From positions 1 through 54,679 of the IMG/VR virus record IMGVR_UViG_3300030329_003092: a stretch of 54,679 bases of DNA, one strand, 5' to 3'. A model generated the notes under the pieces. That model searched no databases. It was not told where the DNA came from and saw nothing but the letters and a program-made list of their open reading frames with translations. This DNA comes from a virus. Taxonomy: Duplodnaviria > Caudoviricetes. Positions within the stretch are counted from its first letter, which is position 1. Every line of letters begins with the position of its first letter. Shown in pieces: positions 25,641 through 34,006 of the stretch. Made by a program: the position numbers and the translations under genes.

Positions 25641-26290
25641 TATAAACTATTGGCTAACTCCCTGGCCTTCTCCATGGTTTGTGGGATTTCTTCTTCCATT
25701 ATAACATACGTTGCCAATGATTTAACTTTTTCTTCTCTCTCTATTTCTTTTCTTAATTCGGACATTCTTTTTGCCAACTGCTCTTTGCTCTGATATTCAC
25801 CAGTCTCTAGGCGGCGCGCTTGTCGACGGAGTAGTTCCTCTGGTGGGGCAGTAACGTAAACTGTCACAAGCTTTTTACCAAGGGCGGCGACTTCTCTTTT
25901 TAACTTTGGTATAGAGGTCTTGTCGGTGATCATCACCGATCTGTCAGACTTCTCTAGCGCGTACTTGTCTGTTCCATAAGAGTTGCCAGCATAGGAAGTG
26001 TTGATATTAAACAGGCGATTGTGGTCGCTCATCTTATCAAACTCGGCCTTACTGGTGAAGATATATTCTTTTTGTTCTTCCTCGTAGGACCCTGGTCTTG
26101 GCTGACGAGTTGTAAACGATACAATCTTCTCCCAACCCTCTCGAACGAAGACGTCTCTAGCTACAGACTTGCCACTAGCTGTCGGGCCGAAAACTGCGAC
26201 GACCGTTCCGTTATATTTATTCTCGTTAACGAACTTGCCCCAAGATACTCCTGCCAGTCCATTATAATGTTTCTTACCCCACTCACCCAT
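25640..26290 (-). CDS. gmk: guanylate kinase-like protein
   Basis: GPTASGKS, SFTTRQPRPG, EYIF.S..EF, YAGNSYGT. Confidence 0.8.
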   Translation of the reverse strand: MGEWGKKHYNGLAGVSWGKFVNENKYNGTVVAVFGPTASGKSVARDVFVREGWEKIVSFTTRQPRPGSYEEEQKEYIFTSKAEFDKMSDHNRLFNINTSYAGNSYGTDKYALEKSDRSVMITDKTSIPKLKREVAALGKKLVTVYVTAPPEELLRRQARRLETGEYQSKEQLAKRMSELRKEIEREEKVKSLATYVIMEEEIPQTMEKARELANSL

Positions 26291-26676
26291 TATCTCTCCA
26301 CTTGATTTACTTTCATTACCCGAACACGAATAATCTCGGGAAAGGACCCGAGCTTTTTAATAAGTTTGTTTGTGTATAATTCTACCGAGCCCCTTTCAAT
26401 GATAAACTTAATATCAATAAAATGTCTAAGCAAATTGGGGCCGGCTGTGACTGATTCACCTTGAGGCGTTGCTCTGGTTACTCCCTCAACACCTCTGATT
26501 TTATTGAGCATAGAACTCGTATTAATATCCTTACTGTATACGATTGTTGTGTTCATGACAAAGATATCAAGATCTCCGTCTGCTTCCCTGAGAAGAGACT
26601 CTTCGTACTCTTCATCCTCAATCGCTTCACACTCTTCTTTTATTAATTCTCTGAGTCTCTGTCTTGTTATCTTCAT
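26290..26676 (-). CDS. probable virion-associated protein (MKITRQRLRELIKEE leader)
   Basis: Amphipathic leader ending in I/L-x-E; ferredoxin-like alternation (IRGVEGVT); follows a CTAnTTA motif. Confidence 0.6.
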   Translation of the reverse strand: MKITRQRLRELIKEECEAIEDEEYEESLLREADGDLDIFVMNTTIVYSKDINTSSMLNKIRGVEGVTRATPQGESVTAGPNLLRHFIDIKFIIERGSVELYTNKLIKKLGSFPEIIRVRVMKVNQVER

Positions 26677-26696
26677 ATTTCAAACCTCGCCAATAC

Positions 26697-26704
26697 TAAG
26701 TAGT
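26697..26704 (-). promoter_or_regulatory. putative late promoter (ACTACTTA)
   Basis: CTAnTTA motif. Confidence 0.5.
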
Positions 26705-26710
26705 TCAATA

Positions 26711-27073
26711 TTATTGGACGGTTAAATTAATTCCCCATTTACTAAAAAGAATTGAATCATTTGCCTGCAATAAATTTGCCGAGGCTTGTAACATCGAAGT
26801 CTGAATGTAGTCTAAAAGGTGCTGCTCTTTATTTAGCTTCTCATTAAGTTTTAACTCAGAGGCTGCAACATCATCCATTAGTTTCTTAAAAGCATGTGCA
26901 TTGACAATGTATTCGCAGATTAAAACCTTAAGTTCATCTGGGCCTTGCTCAAGTACATTCTGTTCTAACAAGTGATCCAAGTAAACAATTATTGTGTTCA
27001 CTTCCTTCTCTTGCCTTTCTCTGACCTCTGGGTCAAACCAATATTTTTTACCGAAAGCTCCTGTGTCCCACAT
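26711..27073 (-). CDS. hypothetical protein
   Basis: 120-aa ORF in an operon. Confidence 0.65.
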   Translation of the reverse strand: MWDTGAFGKKYWFDPEVRERQEKEVNTIIVYLDHLLEQNVLEQGPDELKVLICEYIVNAHAFKKLMDDVAASELKLNEKLNKEQHLLDYIQTSMLQASANLLQANDSILFSKWGINLTVQ

Positions 27074-27074
27074 T

Positions 27075-27377
27075 TTAATCTTTAAGTACTTTTAGTTCGC
27101 TAGTGAATATCTTCTTTTGAATCTGTGAGGGGGAACCAACAACCACAACATCAATGCCAGACTGACCTCTATTGAGGTGGATTCTGGTAAACCTTTGTTC
27201 TTTATTAATCCCTGAAGGTAGCTTGTTCTCTACCAAAAGACTATTATATTGAGTGTCTTCTCTCAGACACACTACCTGTTCTGGGTTGATAAACACTTCT
27301 CTTAAATCAAAGCTGCGGCTTCTTTGATTTGAATGTACTCTCGTGTTCTCAAACACTTCTACCAATGATATAATCAT
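27075..27377 (-). CDS. hypothetical protein (weak FlbD-like resemblance)
   Basis: VFINPEQVVCLRE...TRIHL..G..VVV pattern. Confidence 0.6.
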   Translation of the reverse strand: MIISLVEVFENTRVHSNQRSRSFDLREVFINPEQVVCLREDTQYNSLLVENKLPSGINKEQRFTRIHLNRGQSGIDVVVVGSPSQIQKKIFTSELKVLKD

Positions 27378-27613
27378 GCGCTCATACTCCTAATCTTATA
27401 TATGCTACGGTCTTCAACAGACCAACTTTCCCCTTCAAACAAAACCGTACTCCATTCTTTTTCATCAGCCTCTTGCACAAGCAATACGTGTGCCGGCTTG
27501 TCTGTCTTTGTGATCTTAACAATCGTCGTATCTCTGAATTTGAACAGCGATGTATTTGCAGGCATAAACACTAAGTCGCCCTGCTTCTTTGATTTTGCAG
27601 TTGCTTTATCCAT
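27374..27613 (-). CDS. hypothetical protein (KOW/SH3-like)
   Basis: KQGDLVF...WSTVLFEGESWSV. Confidence 0.6.
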   Translation of the reverse strand: MDKATAKSKKQGDLVFMPANTSLFKFRDTTIVKITKTDKPAHVLLVQEADEKEWSTVLFEGESWSVEDRSIYKIRSMSA

Positions 27614-27615
27614 AA

Positions 27616-28038
27616 TTATTTTGCCTTCGAAGTCTTCTTTTTCTTAGCTGTGGTATTCTCAGCGGGCACCGCTTGGTCGGCTGTAGCGGCGACAGCTTGC
27701 TGTGCAGCCTGGATTGTGTTCTGTAATTCTGCGGTTGTTGCAGTAGCACGGCTCAAAGCTTCTTGTTGTAGGGCCTCAAGTACCTGTAGATACCCATGAG
27801 TTATGGATAGAATATCATCATATAAAGAGGCGATATCTTGCAATGTATCGCGCATTGGAACGAGATCCTTAAGAGCAAACTCCACACTGTCTCTATCACG
27901 AGTGGAGACAATCCTCGAAGCGTTTACAAGCCTGCACACAACTTCCGTGTGAATCTTGTTATTTAGCTCCTCTGTAAGCTCCTGCACCTTTTCTGGTATA
28001 GTGTCTGTTTCGATTGAATGGCTGATTTGTACTTTCAT
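27616..28038 (-). CDS. hypothetical protein
   Basis: 140 aa, AAGGA RBS, A/T/K-rich tail. Confidence 0.65.
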   Translation of the reverse strand: MKVQISHSIETDTIPEKVQELTEELNNKIHTEVVCRLVNASRIVSTRDRDSVEFALKDLVPMRDTLQDIASLYDDILSITHGYLQVLEALQQEALSRATATTAELQNTIQAAQQAVAATADQAVPAENTTAKKKKTSKAK

Positions 28039-28050
28039 GTTTTATCCTTA

Positions 28051-28317
28051 TTATGTAATATGTTGAATCCAAAAGGCGGTACCTAGAGACAACAAGCTGC
28101 CTATAAGCATCCACATTAGTTTAGAGGAAGTGTCCTTCCAGTTCTCTATGTCTCGTACTCTAGCGTGCAAGCCTTCGTCGGGTTCAAACAACTCTTTATG
28201 TATCTCGGTTATCTCGCGAGACATTGAGACCTGCCTTTCTTTAACAACTTCAATTGAGTCGATGACTCTCTCTAATTTGCCGTTAAGCTCTATTAATGCT
28301 TCTTGTGGTGTTAACAT
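28051..28317 (-). CDS. coiled-coil protein with C-terminal TM helix (XhlA/holin-like architecture)
   Basis: Heptad region followed by LMWMLIGSLLSLGTAFWI. Confidence 0.55.
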   Translation of the reverse strand: MLTPQEALIELNGKLERVIDSIEVVKERQVSMSREITEIHKELFEPDEGLHARVRDIENWKDTSSKLMWMLIGSLLSLGTAFWIQHIT

Positions 28318-28335
28318 TTTATTTACCTTTCTACG

Positions 28336-28364
28336 ACTATAACATAATAAATATATTTAGTCAA
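28336..28364 (-). promoter_or_regulatory. sigma70-type promoter
   Basis: TTGACT-17-TATAGT with TG extension. Confidence 0.7.
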
Positions 28365-28372
28365 GTATTTTT

Positions 28373-29941
28373 TTAAACCTCTACTATCGCAAAGTTAGTT
28401 GTGATTAAAGTTGATGCAACCGACACAGCATTCTGAAGGGCTGCTCTGGTTACCTTTGCTGGGTCAATGACTCCTTCCTCAAAAAGATCTACTACCTCGC
28501 CAGTATAGAAATTCATACCACAAGATCCTTCTTCAGATAAAACCTTCTCCACAACAACGTCTGGCGACATTCCTGCGTTCGACGCCATTTGTTTGATCGG
28601 GTCCTTAACAGCTTCCAGAACTATCTTAACGCCAAGTGACTGATCCTCATTAGGAGTTTCAACCTCTAGTCCTTGTGAGGCGCGTAGAAGCGTTACTCCA
28701 CCTCCAGCAACAATACCTTCTTGCTGTGCTGATCTGACTGCTTCTAGCGCGTCTTCAATGCGATGCTTTTTCTCAATCATCTCAACCTCTGACAACCCGC
28801 CTGCTCTAATAATAGCGACACCGCTCGCGAGTCGCGTGATTCTATCTTGGATTCTCTGTGCTTCGTACATGTTATCTGTCTGCTCTATCTCTACCTTAAG
28901 AGTATCGATTCGCTTTTCAACTTCGTCTAGGTCGCCCTTTCCGCCAATAAATGTTGTGTCTCTTTTGGTTACGTCGACACTGGAAACCATCCCTAGGTTC
29001 TCCAACCTAACGTCACTGAGTGAAACTCCGGAGGCTCTGTTGACAAAAGTCGCCCCAATTGAAGTGGCCAAATCCTTGAGTGTGCTTCTTCGTTCCTCGC
29101 CGTAAAGAGGAGCCTTAATGGCTGCGACCCTCATTGTACCTCGAATGGCGTTCATAATAAGGGCTGCAAGGGCCTGACCTTCAACGTTCTCAGCCACGAT
29201 CAACAGCGGCCTGTTCTCCCTTGATACAAGCTCTAGGGTAGGCAGGATCTGCTCTACGTTCTCAATAGACTCATCTGTTATGAGAACATAACAATCTTCA
29301 TAATGAACCGAACCTCTTCTCTCATTATTAATAAACTGAGGCGATATGTAACCCGATTCAACTCTGAAGCCTTCTACAAAGTCTACGCTGGTGTCGACGG
29401 ACCTTGCTTCTTCTACAGTGATTGACCCGTCCTTGCCCACTCTATCAACCGCCATGGCCACTAGCTTCCCTATCTTCTCGTCATTGTTTGCAGAAATAGT
29501 GGCAATGTGGGCAATGTCTTCTTCACTGGAGATTGGTTTTGAGTTGTCTTCAATTCTTTCCACTAGTGCCTGTACGGCTTTCTCCATTCCTCTCTTAAGT
29601 TCTACTGGGCTTGCACCTGCCTTAAGGTATCTTTGGGCTTGTGTCAGCACCGCTCTTGCCAAAACCGTTGCTGTTGTGGTACCATCGCCTGCGTCGTTGT
29701 TTGTTTCTTCGGAAGCTTGCTTGATAATCTGTGCACCAAGGTTCTCAAAGTCGTCCTCCAAGTCAACAAACTTAGCGATTGTAACTCCGTCCTTTGTAAT
29801 AATCGGGCTCTTTCCCTTCTGTTGTAAGATAACATTGCGGCCCTTTGGGCCTAGTGTGCTGGCTACATTATCAGCCAATTTGTTTGCACCTTTTAAAATC
29901 TTGTCTTGCAAGAAGGTGTTGTCACTATACTTCTTTGTCAT
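28373..29941 (-). CDS. groL: chaperonin GroEL
   Basis: TLGPKGRNV, ITKDGVT, AGDGTTTAT, RIEDAL, GGG, IDPAKV. Confidence 0.97.
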   Translation of the reverse strand: MTKKYSDNTFLQDKILKGANKLADNVASTLGPKGRNVILQQKGKSPIITKDGVTIAKFVDLEDDFENLGAQIIKQASEETNNDAGDGTTTATVLARAVLTQAQRYLKAGASPVELKRGMEKAVQALVERIEDNSKPISSEEDIAHIATISANNDEKIGKLVAMAVDRVGKDGSITVEEARSVDTSVDFVEGFRVESGYISPQFINNERRGSVHYEDCYVLITDESIENVEQILPTLELVSRENRPLLIVAENVEGQALAALIMNAIRGTMRVAAIKAPLYGEERRSTLKDLATSIGATFVNRASGVSLSDVRLENLGMVSSVDVTKRDTTFIGGKGDLDEVEKRIDTLKVEIEQTDNMYEAQRIQDRITRLASGVAIIRAGGLSEVEMIEKKHRIEDALEAVRSAQQEGIVAGGGVTLLRASQGLEVETPNEDQSLGVKIVLEAVKDPIKQMASNAGMSPDVVVEKVLSEEGSCGMNFYTGEVVDLFEEGVIDPAKVTRAALQNAVSVASTLITTNFAIVEV

Positions 29942-30005
29942 TGATTCCTCTTATGGTTGTAGTATATTATTATACCAACTTTTTAAAAAAAGTAAAGGGT
30001 TATTA

Positions 30006-31328
30006 TTATTTTTCTTTTTGAAGTTGGCCGGCTGCTTCTTGTTCAATAACTTGAGCGTTCTTAACGGCCTCTTCGCCGCCCTTGATTGCTTTGCTACGAT
30101 CTTTGGCGACAAAATATGTGTTAAGGTTCTGAGAAAGGTTAGCAACGGCCTCAAATAGATCTACCACTGAATCGCCTAGAATATCTAGATATCCGGATGC
30201 TGTACTGTAAATCTTGTCTGGTGAGACTTCGAGTGTGCCTAATTCCTGATAGTCTATAATATCGTTTACCTTGGTTGCCAACTGCGCTGTCGACAGTGAC
30301 CACTGAGTCTTCCCGCCTTCTTTGGCTTCTGCCAACACCTGCTGCTCCCATTTGTCCCTTAGTGACTCCGCTGTAACTGTTACCGGCTCCTGCTCTTCTG
30401 GTTTTTCTTCTTGTTGTTCGGGGGCTTCTCCAGGCATTGGTCGAGCCTTCCCTGTATACCCAGCAGTCCTAGTAAGGAGCGCATATTGTGTAGGCCAATC
30501 CAACTCTGGGTTTGTGAGAATAGCCATTGACTCTTGGAATGGTTTGCCTTCAAGGGAGACTAATTTTTGCCCGCCACTGTTAATCGTTATCGCCTGGAGG
30601 AAATTGTCTCTCCTGAACACGAACTGTCTCATATCAATCTCCGACACTTCTCTGTCTCCACCTTCTTTGTATACGACAACATATACCATTTCTTGGAACT
30701 CGTCTAAAGCGTCAATCAAGTTCGTATAACTACCCTTTACATCTGTAGTATTCTTTAATAACTTTAGACTCATTGGAACGTTTGCCGATCCATATTCCGT
30801 AAAGGCTATGATATCCTGAATGGGGAGGTTTCCTTTTTCCGAAACTTCCGCCTCTTGTTTACCACCCAGCAGTGCGGCGAGGAAACCCTCAAACACGAAC
30901 CCGGCAGTGCTAGCGCCAAAACTATTAATAGTTGCGTTTAGTGCTTCCAACACAATCAACGTACTGATAACTCTTCTTGGAGAAGTGATCTTATTGTCTG
31001 GCTCTTGTAGTCTTTTTATAAACGCGAGCTTCTCTGGGAGGCTAGCACCTCCACCAATGGCTCTAAAGATCTGGTTTACCTGTCCTCTTTCTAAAGAGGC
31101 GGGGTCTCCCCAATTCTCAGTGGGAGAGAACTTTGGAAGAGATAATACAAACTTCTTCCCAGCCTCAACGTCCATTGGAGTTGGATCCGAAGGAGCCGCT
31201 TCTGTAAGTTGTATCTTATCACCAAGAAATTTAATCTGCTCTTCAATAATATCAATCAAATCTCTTAGGCCGATGTTTTCTTTTTCGGTATTTCTAAAGT
31301 GTTGTTCTATAAGTTTATCGAGGTTCAT
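30006..31328 (-). CDS. large hypothetical, probably virion-associated; possible PD-(D/E)xK-like core
   Basis: 440 aa; AGFVFEGFLAAL..PIQD..PMSLK; follows a CTAnTTA motif. Confidence 0.6.
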   Translation of the reverse strand: MNLDKLIEQHFRNTEKENIGLRDLIDIIEEQIKFLGDKIQLTEAAPSDPTPMDVEAGKKFVLSLPKFSPTENWGDPASLERGQVNQIFRAIGGGASLPEKLAFIKRLQEPDNKITSPRRVISTLIVLEALNATINSFGASTAGFVFEGFLAALLGGKQEAEVSEKGNLPIQDIIAFTEYGSANVPMSLKLLKNTTDVKGSYTNLIDALDEFQEMVYVVVYKEGGDREVSEIDMRQFVFRRDNFLQAITINSGGQKLVSLEGKPFQESMAILTNPELDWPTQYALLTRTAGYTGKARPMPGEAPEQQEEKPEEQEPVTVTAESLRDKWEQQVLAEAKEGGKTQWSLSTAQLATKVNDIIDYQELGTLEVSPDKIYSTASGYLDILGDSVVDLFEAVANLSQNLNTYFVAKDRSKAIKGGEEAVKNAQVIEQEAAGQLQKEK

Positions 31329-31332
31329 GCTT

Positions 31333-31340
31333 TAATTAGT
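31333..31340 (-). promoter_or_regulatory. putative late promoter (ACTAATTA)
   Basis: CTAnTTA motif; shares upstream TTATAACA with the 25014 copy. Confidence 0.5.
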
Positions 31341-31358
31341 TGTTATAACAGGTAAAAT

Positions 31359-32081
31359 CTAAATAATTATATCCGCAATTCCTAGCTCAACAGCCTCTTC
31401 TGCTGTAAGATAAACATTTACTTTTCTGTCCATTAGTTTCTTAAGATATCTCTTTGTCATATCTGTCTCTTGAACCAGGCAATCAATATGCTGATCTTGT
31501 AAGTATCTTATCTCATCCATTTCATTCTCAAGACTATGGAGCGAACCATGGCTGGCACCAATAACACTGTGGATCATTACGCGGCAGTTCTTCATAATTT
31601 TCCTCTTGCCCTTCGTTCCCGCTGCCAGAAGTAAAACTCCAGCCGACATAACCTTTCCAATGCCAAATGTCTCTACGTCACAATCTTTTTTAACCATCCT
31701 CATGGTATCATAGATCGCGAACATTTCCGAGGCGGAACCGCCATGGGTTGATATCAGAAACTCAATTGGTTCAAAAGAAGTGATCACTTCAGACTCTGGA
31801 TCTTCTGGGTCTGATAGCGACTTTGTTTCTCCGAGTCTTTGCAGCATCATGAGAGAGTACACTAACTCCGAAGAGTTTTCTTCGTTAACTTCCCCATGCA
31901 GAGATAATGTGCGAATCTTTGGTTTTGAATCCTCCTCTTCGGGAGCGCCCATCATCAAGTACGGCAGCATATCAACTAAGCTCACTTCCTTCTCGGAGCC
32001 CTCTTCCTCATCTGTGCTTGGAGAAACTTTCTTATTTTCGTCTTCTATCTTTTTAATTCTCTTGTCTCTCTTGACCGTCAT
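31359..32081 (-). CDS. clpP: ClpP-family serine protease
   Basis: I.T.GGS, AIYDTM, G.VMSAG (Ser), GKR, VMIH (His), YLTAEEAVELGIAD. Confidence 0.9.
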   Translation of the reverse strand: MTVKRDKRIKKIEDENKKVSPSTDEEEGSEKEVSLVDMLPYLMMGAPEEEDSKPKIRTLSLHGEVNEENSSELVYSLMMLQRLGETKSLSDPEDPESEVITSFEPIEFLISTHGGSASEMFAIYDTMRMVKKDCDVETFGIGKVMSAGVLLLAAGTKGKRKIMKNCRVMIHSVIGASHGSLHSLENEMDEIRYLQDQHIDCLVQETDMTKRYLKKLMDRKVNVYLTAEEAVELGIADIII

Positions 32082-32482
32082 GTTTGTTTCCTTTTTCTTT
32101 TTATATCTTTCTTATAAATACGATCCAATTCTCTCATCGCCCCTTCCCAATCCTGATATTTTAAAATAAACTTATAAGATCTGGGGAAATGAGTTATGAT
32201 ATTGGAAACTGAGACGAGTTTCCATGTCTCGAAAGCCCGGGCATCAAGGGTCTTGATGTCCTCTAATTCTGTTTCCGACAAGCCAGATTTATGTAAATGT
32301 GAATACTTTACTTCTCTAGCTAAACTCAGATCTGCTGATACTAGACCGAGTAACGTTAAGCATTGCTTATTAACTTCCGTCATCATATTAACAAGATGTC
32401 CGTAGCTTAACATTGCTGTCAAGGTTCTGTAGGCAAACACGCCCAACATGAACCAAACTAAATCATTATACTGTCCAAACAT
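32078..32482 (-). CDS. hypothetical membrane-anchored protein
   Basis: N-terminal hydrophobic helix; coupled to clpP (ATGA). Confidence 0.65.
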   Translation of the reverse strand: MFGQYNDLVWFMLGVFAYRTLTAMLSYGHLVNMMTEVNKQCLTLLGLVSADLSLAREVKYSHLHKSGLSETELEDIKTLDARAFETWKLVSVSNIITHFPRSYKFILKYQDWEGAMRELDRIYKKDIKRKRKQT

Positions 32483-32491
32483 ATTCTCCTC

Positions 32492-32520
32492 AATATATCA
32501 AAAAATGAGGGGTTTGTAAA
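32492..32520 (-). promoter_or_regulatory. sigma70-type promoter for the clpP operon
   Basis: TTTACA-17-TATATT. Confidence 0.6.
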
Positions 32521-32523
32521 GGA

Positions 32524-33375
32524 TTAATTTTCGTTCTTTTCTGTAAGACGACGAAAGATCTTCTCCGACAACTCCTCAGCAAGTTGCTCCTTGCTTCGCT
32601 CACTGAGCTTTGCCTGAACCTTCTCAAACACAGCTTGGAAGAAATCATCTTGCTCCACCTGAGTCTCGGTTTCCACGTCCTCTGTTACTGTTTCAGCACC
32701 AGTTGTAGCTGTGTCTGTTGCTCCAGTTGTGGCTGTCTCAGTACCAGTTGTGGTTGTTTCAGTACCAGTTGTGGTTGTTTCAGTACCAGTTGTGGTTGTT
32801 TCAGTGTCCGTTGTTGTTGTAGTGTCGGTTTCTGTTGTAGTGTCGGTTTCTGTTGTCGTTGTCGTGGTGTCCGTTTCCGTTGTAGTGTCGGTGTCGGCTG
32901 TAGTAGCAGTATCAGCATTGGCTGTATCTGTGTCTGCTCCCTCCTGCATCACGTTGTCGTACGACATTGCAGCGCCTTCCTCTTCCTCTTCTTCCTCGTC
33001 ACCCAGAGCCATATCCATATCGACTTCAGCGTCGTCCATTTCAAGGTCAGCATCCATGTCCATGTCTAGGTCTGCATCTGCGTCGGCCTCTGCGTCGTCA
33101 GAAACTGAAACCTCAACGTCAAGCTCATCCTCCACTGCGTCTTTTACAGCAAGGAAGATTCTTTTTGCAAGCTCTTCGTTGTCGTCTTCGGCTCCCTCAC
33201 CGTCTTCACTTGCGGCCTCTTCGATGTCAGCCTCTTCTGTGGTGGCTTCTTCGACAGTCTCTTCAACGGTCTCCTCTTCAGCTTCCACTACGGAAGTCTC
33301 GACGAGAGGGCGAAGATCTGCAAGCTTCATAAAACGGCGAATAGTTGCCTCGTTAAGAATAGTCTTTTTACTCAT
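32524..33375 (-). CDS. highly acidic low-complexity protein with Thr-rich repeats (probable internal head/scaffold-like protein)
   Basis: ILNEATIRRFMKLA leader, D/E-rich middle, (TETTTTG)n repeats; AAGGAG RBS; follows a CTAnTTA motif. Confidence 0.7.
   Translation of the reverse strand: MSKKTILNEATIRRFMKLADLRPLVETSVVEAEEETVEETVEEATTEEADIEEAASEDGEGAEDDNEELAKRIFLAVKDAVEDELDVEVSVSDDAEADADADLDMDMDADLEMDDAEVDMDMALGDEEEEEEEGAAMSYDNVMQEGADTDTANADTATTADTDTTTETDTTTTTTETDTTTETDTTTTTDTETTTTGTETTTTGTETTTTGTETATTGATDTATTGAETVTEDVETETQVEQDDFFQAVFEKVQAKLSERSKEQLAEELSEKIFRRLTEKNEN
32740..32802. repeat. intragenic tandem repeat, 3 exact 21-bp copies
   Basis: agtaccagttgtggttgtttc x3, with degenerate 18-21-bp units from about 32695 to 32900. 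Confidence 0.9.
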
Positions 33376-33405
33376 TGTAATGCTCCTTGAAAAAAATATT
33401 CAAAT

Positions 33406-33413
33406 TAAATAGT
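33406..33413 (-). promoter_or_regulatory. putative late promoter (ACTATTTA)
   Basis: CTAnTTA motif. Confidence 0.5.
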
Positions 33414-33452
33414 TCTTTAAACCGTAAAGTGCTATAAATTATAAACTTTTTA

Positions 33453-33695
33453 TCACATTGTTTTGTTGTTAATTCTCTTTAATAATTTTTTTTGGGCCTG
33501 GGTTTCTAGTTGCTTGACTCTCACAAAGCTTACGCCTAATCTATCACCGACTTCCCGTAGCGTCATTTTGCCATTTTTATCTATGGAAACTAGCGAGCAA
33601 TTAAGATCTTCTTCAAACTTTATCCAGTATCTGCAATCTTCTATCGGACACTCTATTTCACTGTCCTGGCACATGTCTTTGCACTTCTTTTTCAT
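33453..33695 (-). CDS. stand-alone sigma70 region-4-like HTH protein with Cys-rich N-terminus
   Basis: MTLREVGDRLGVSFVRVKQLETQAQKKL versus sigma70 TLEEVG..F.VTRERIRQIE.KAL.KL. Confidence 0.8.
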   Translation of the reverse strand: MKKKCKDMCQDSEIECPIEDCRYWIKFEEDLNCSLVSIDKNGKMTLREVGDRLGVSFVRVKQLETQAQKKLLKRINNKTM

Positions 33696-34006
33696 AAATC
33701 TTCGTTCTCCTTTGCAATAAGATCAAATATGTTTTCAATTTCGTCCTCCGAAAGTCTAAAATTATTTTTTAACTCTTTGGCTTTTTTATAACCCTTATTC
33801 AAAATTTTCTTCCTTACTTTAGCTTGACTCTTATATTTGTCAAGAAACTTTAATAAATCTTCGTCTTGCTCGATATAGCCCGTAACAATAGCCCGGAAAA
33901 ACTCACCCTGCTTAAGCTCGTCGACATGAAGTCGTATCCTTAAGTCGGCATGTCTTTTGTCCGTATCGCCAAAGACAATCTTCTTTTCGTACTCTCCGTA
34001 ACTCAT
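33692..34006 (-). CDS. hypothetical protein
   Basis: 104 aa, coupled on both sides. Confidence 0.7.
   Translation of the reverse strand: MSYGEYEKKIVFGDTDKRHADLRIRLHVDELKQGEFFRAIVTGYIEQDEDLLKFLDKYKSQAKVRKKILNKGYKKAKELKNNFRLSEDEIENIFDLIAKENEDL

Noticed and set aside
29391-30158. 255-aa plus-strand ORF
   Set aside because: Shadow of groL.
32584-33412. Val/Ser- and Cys-rich plus-strand ORFs, and the repeat tract as a possible CRISPR array
   Set aside because: They arise from the antisense reading of the Thr/Glu repeat. The repeats are contiguous in-frame units without spacers, and there are no cas genes.
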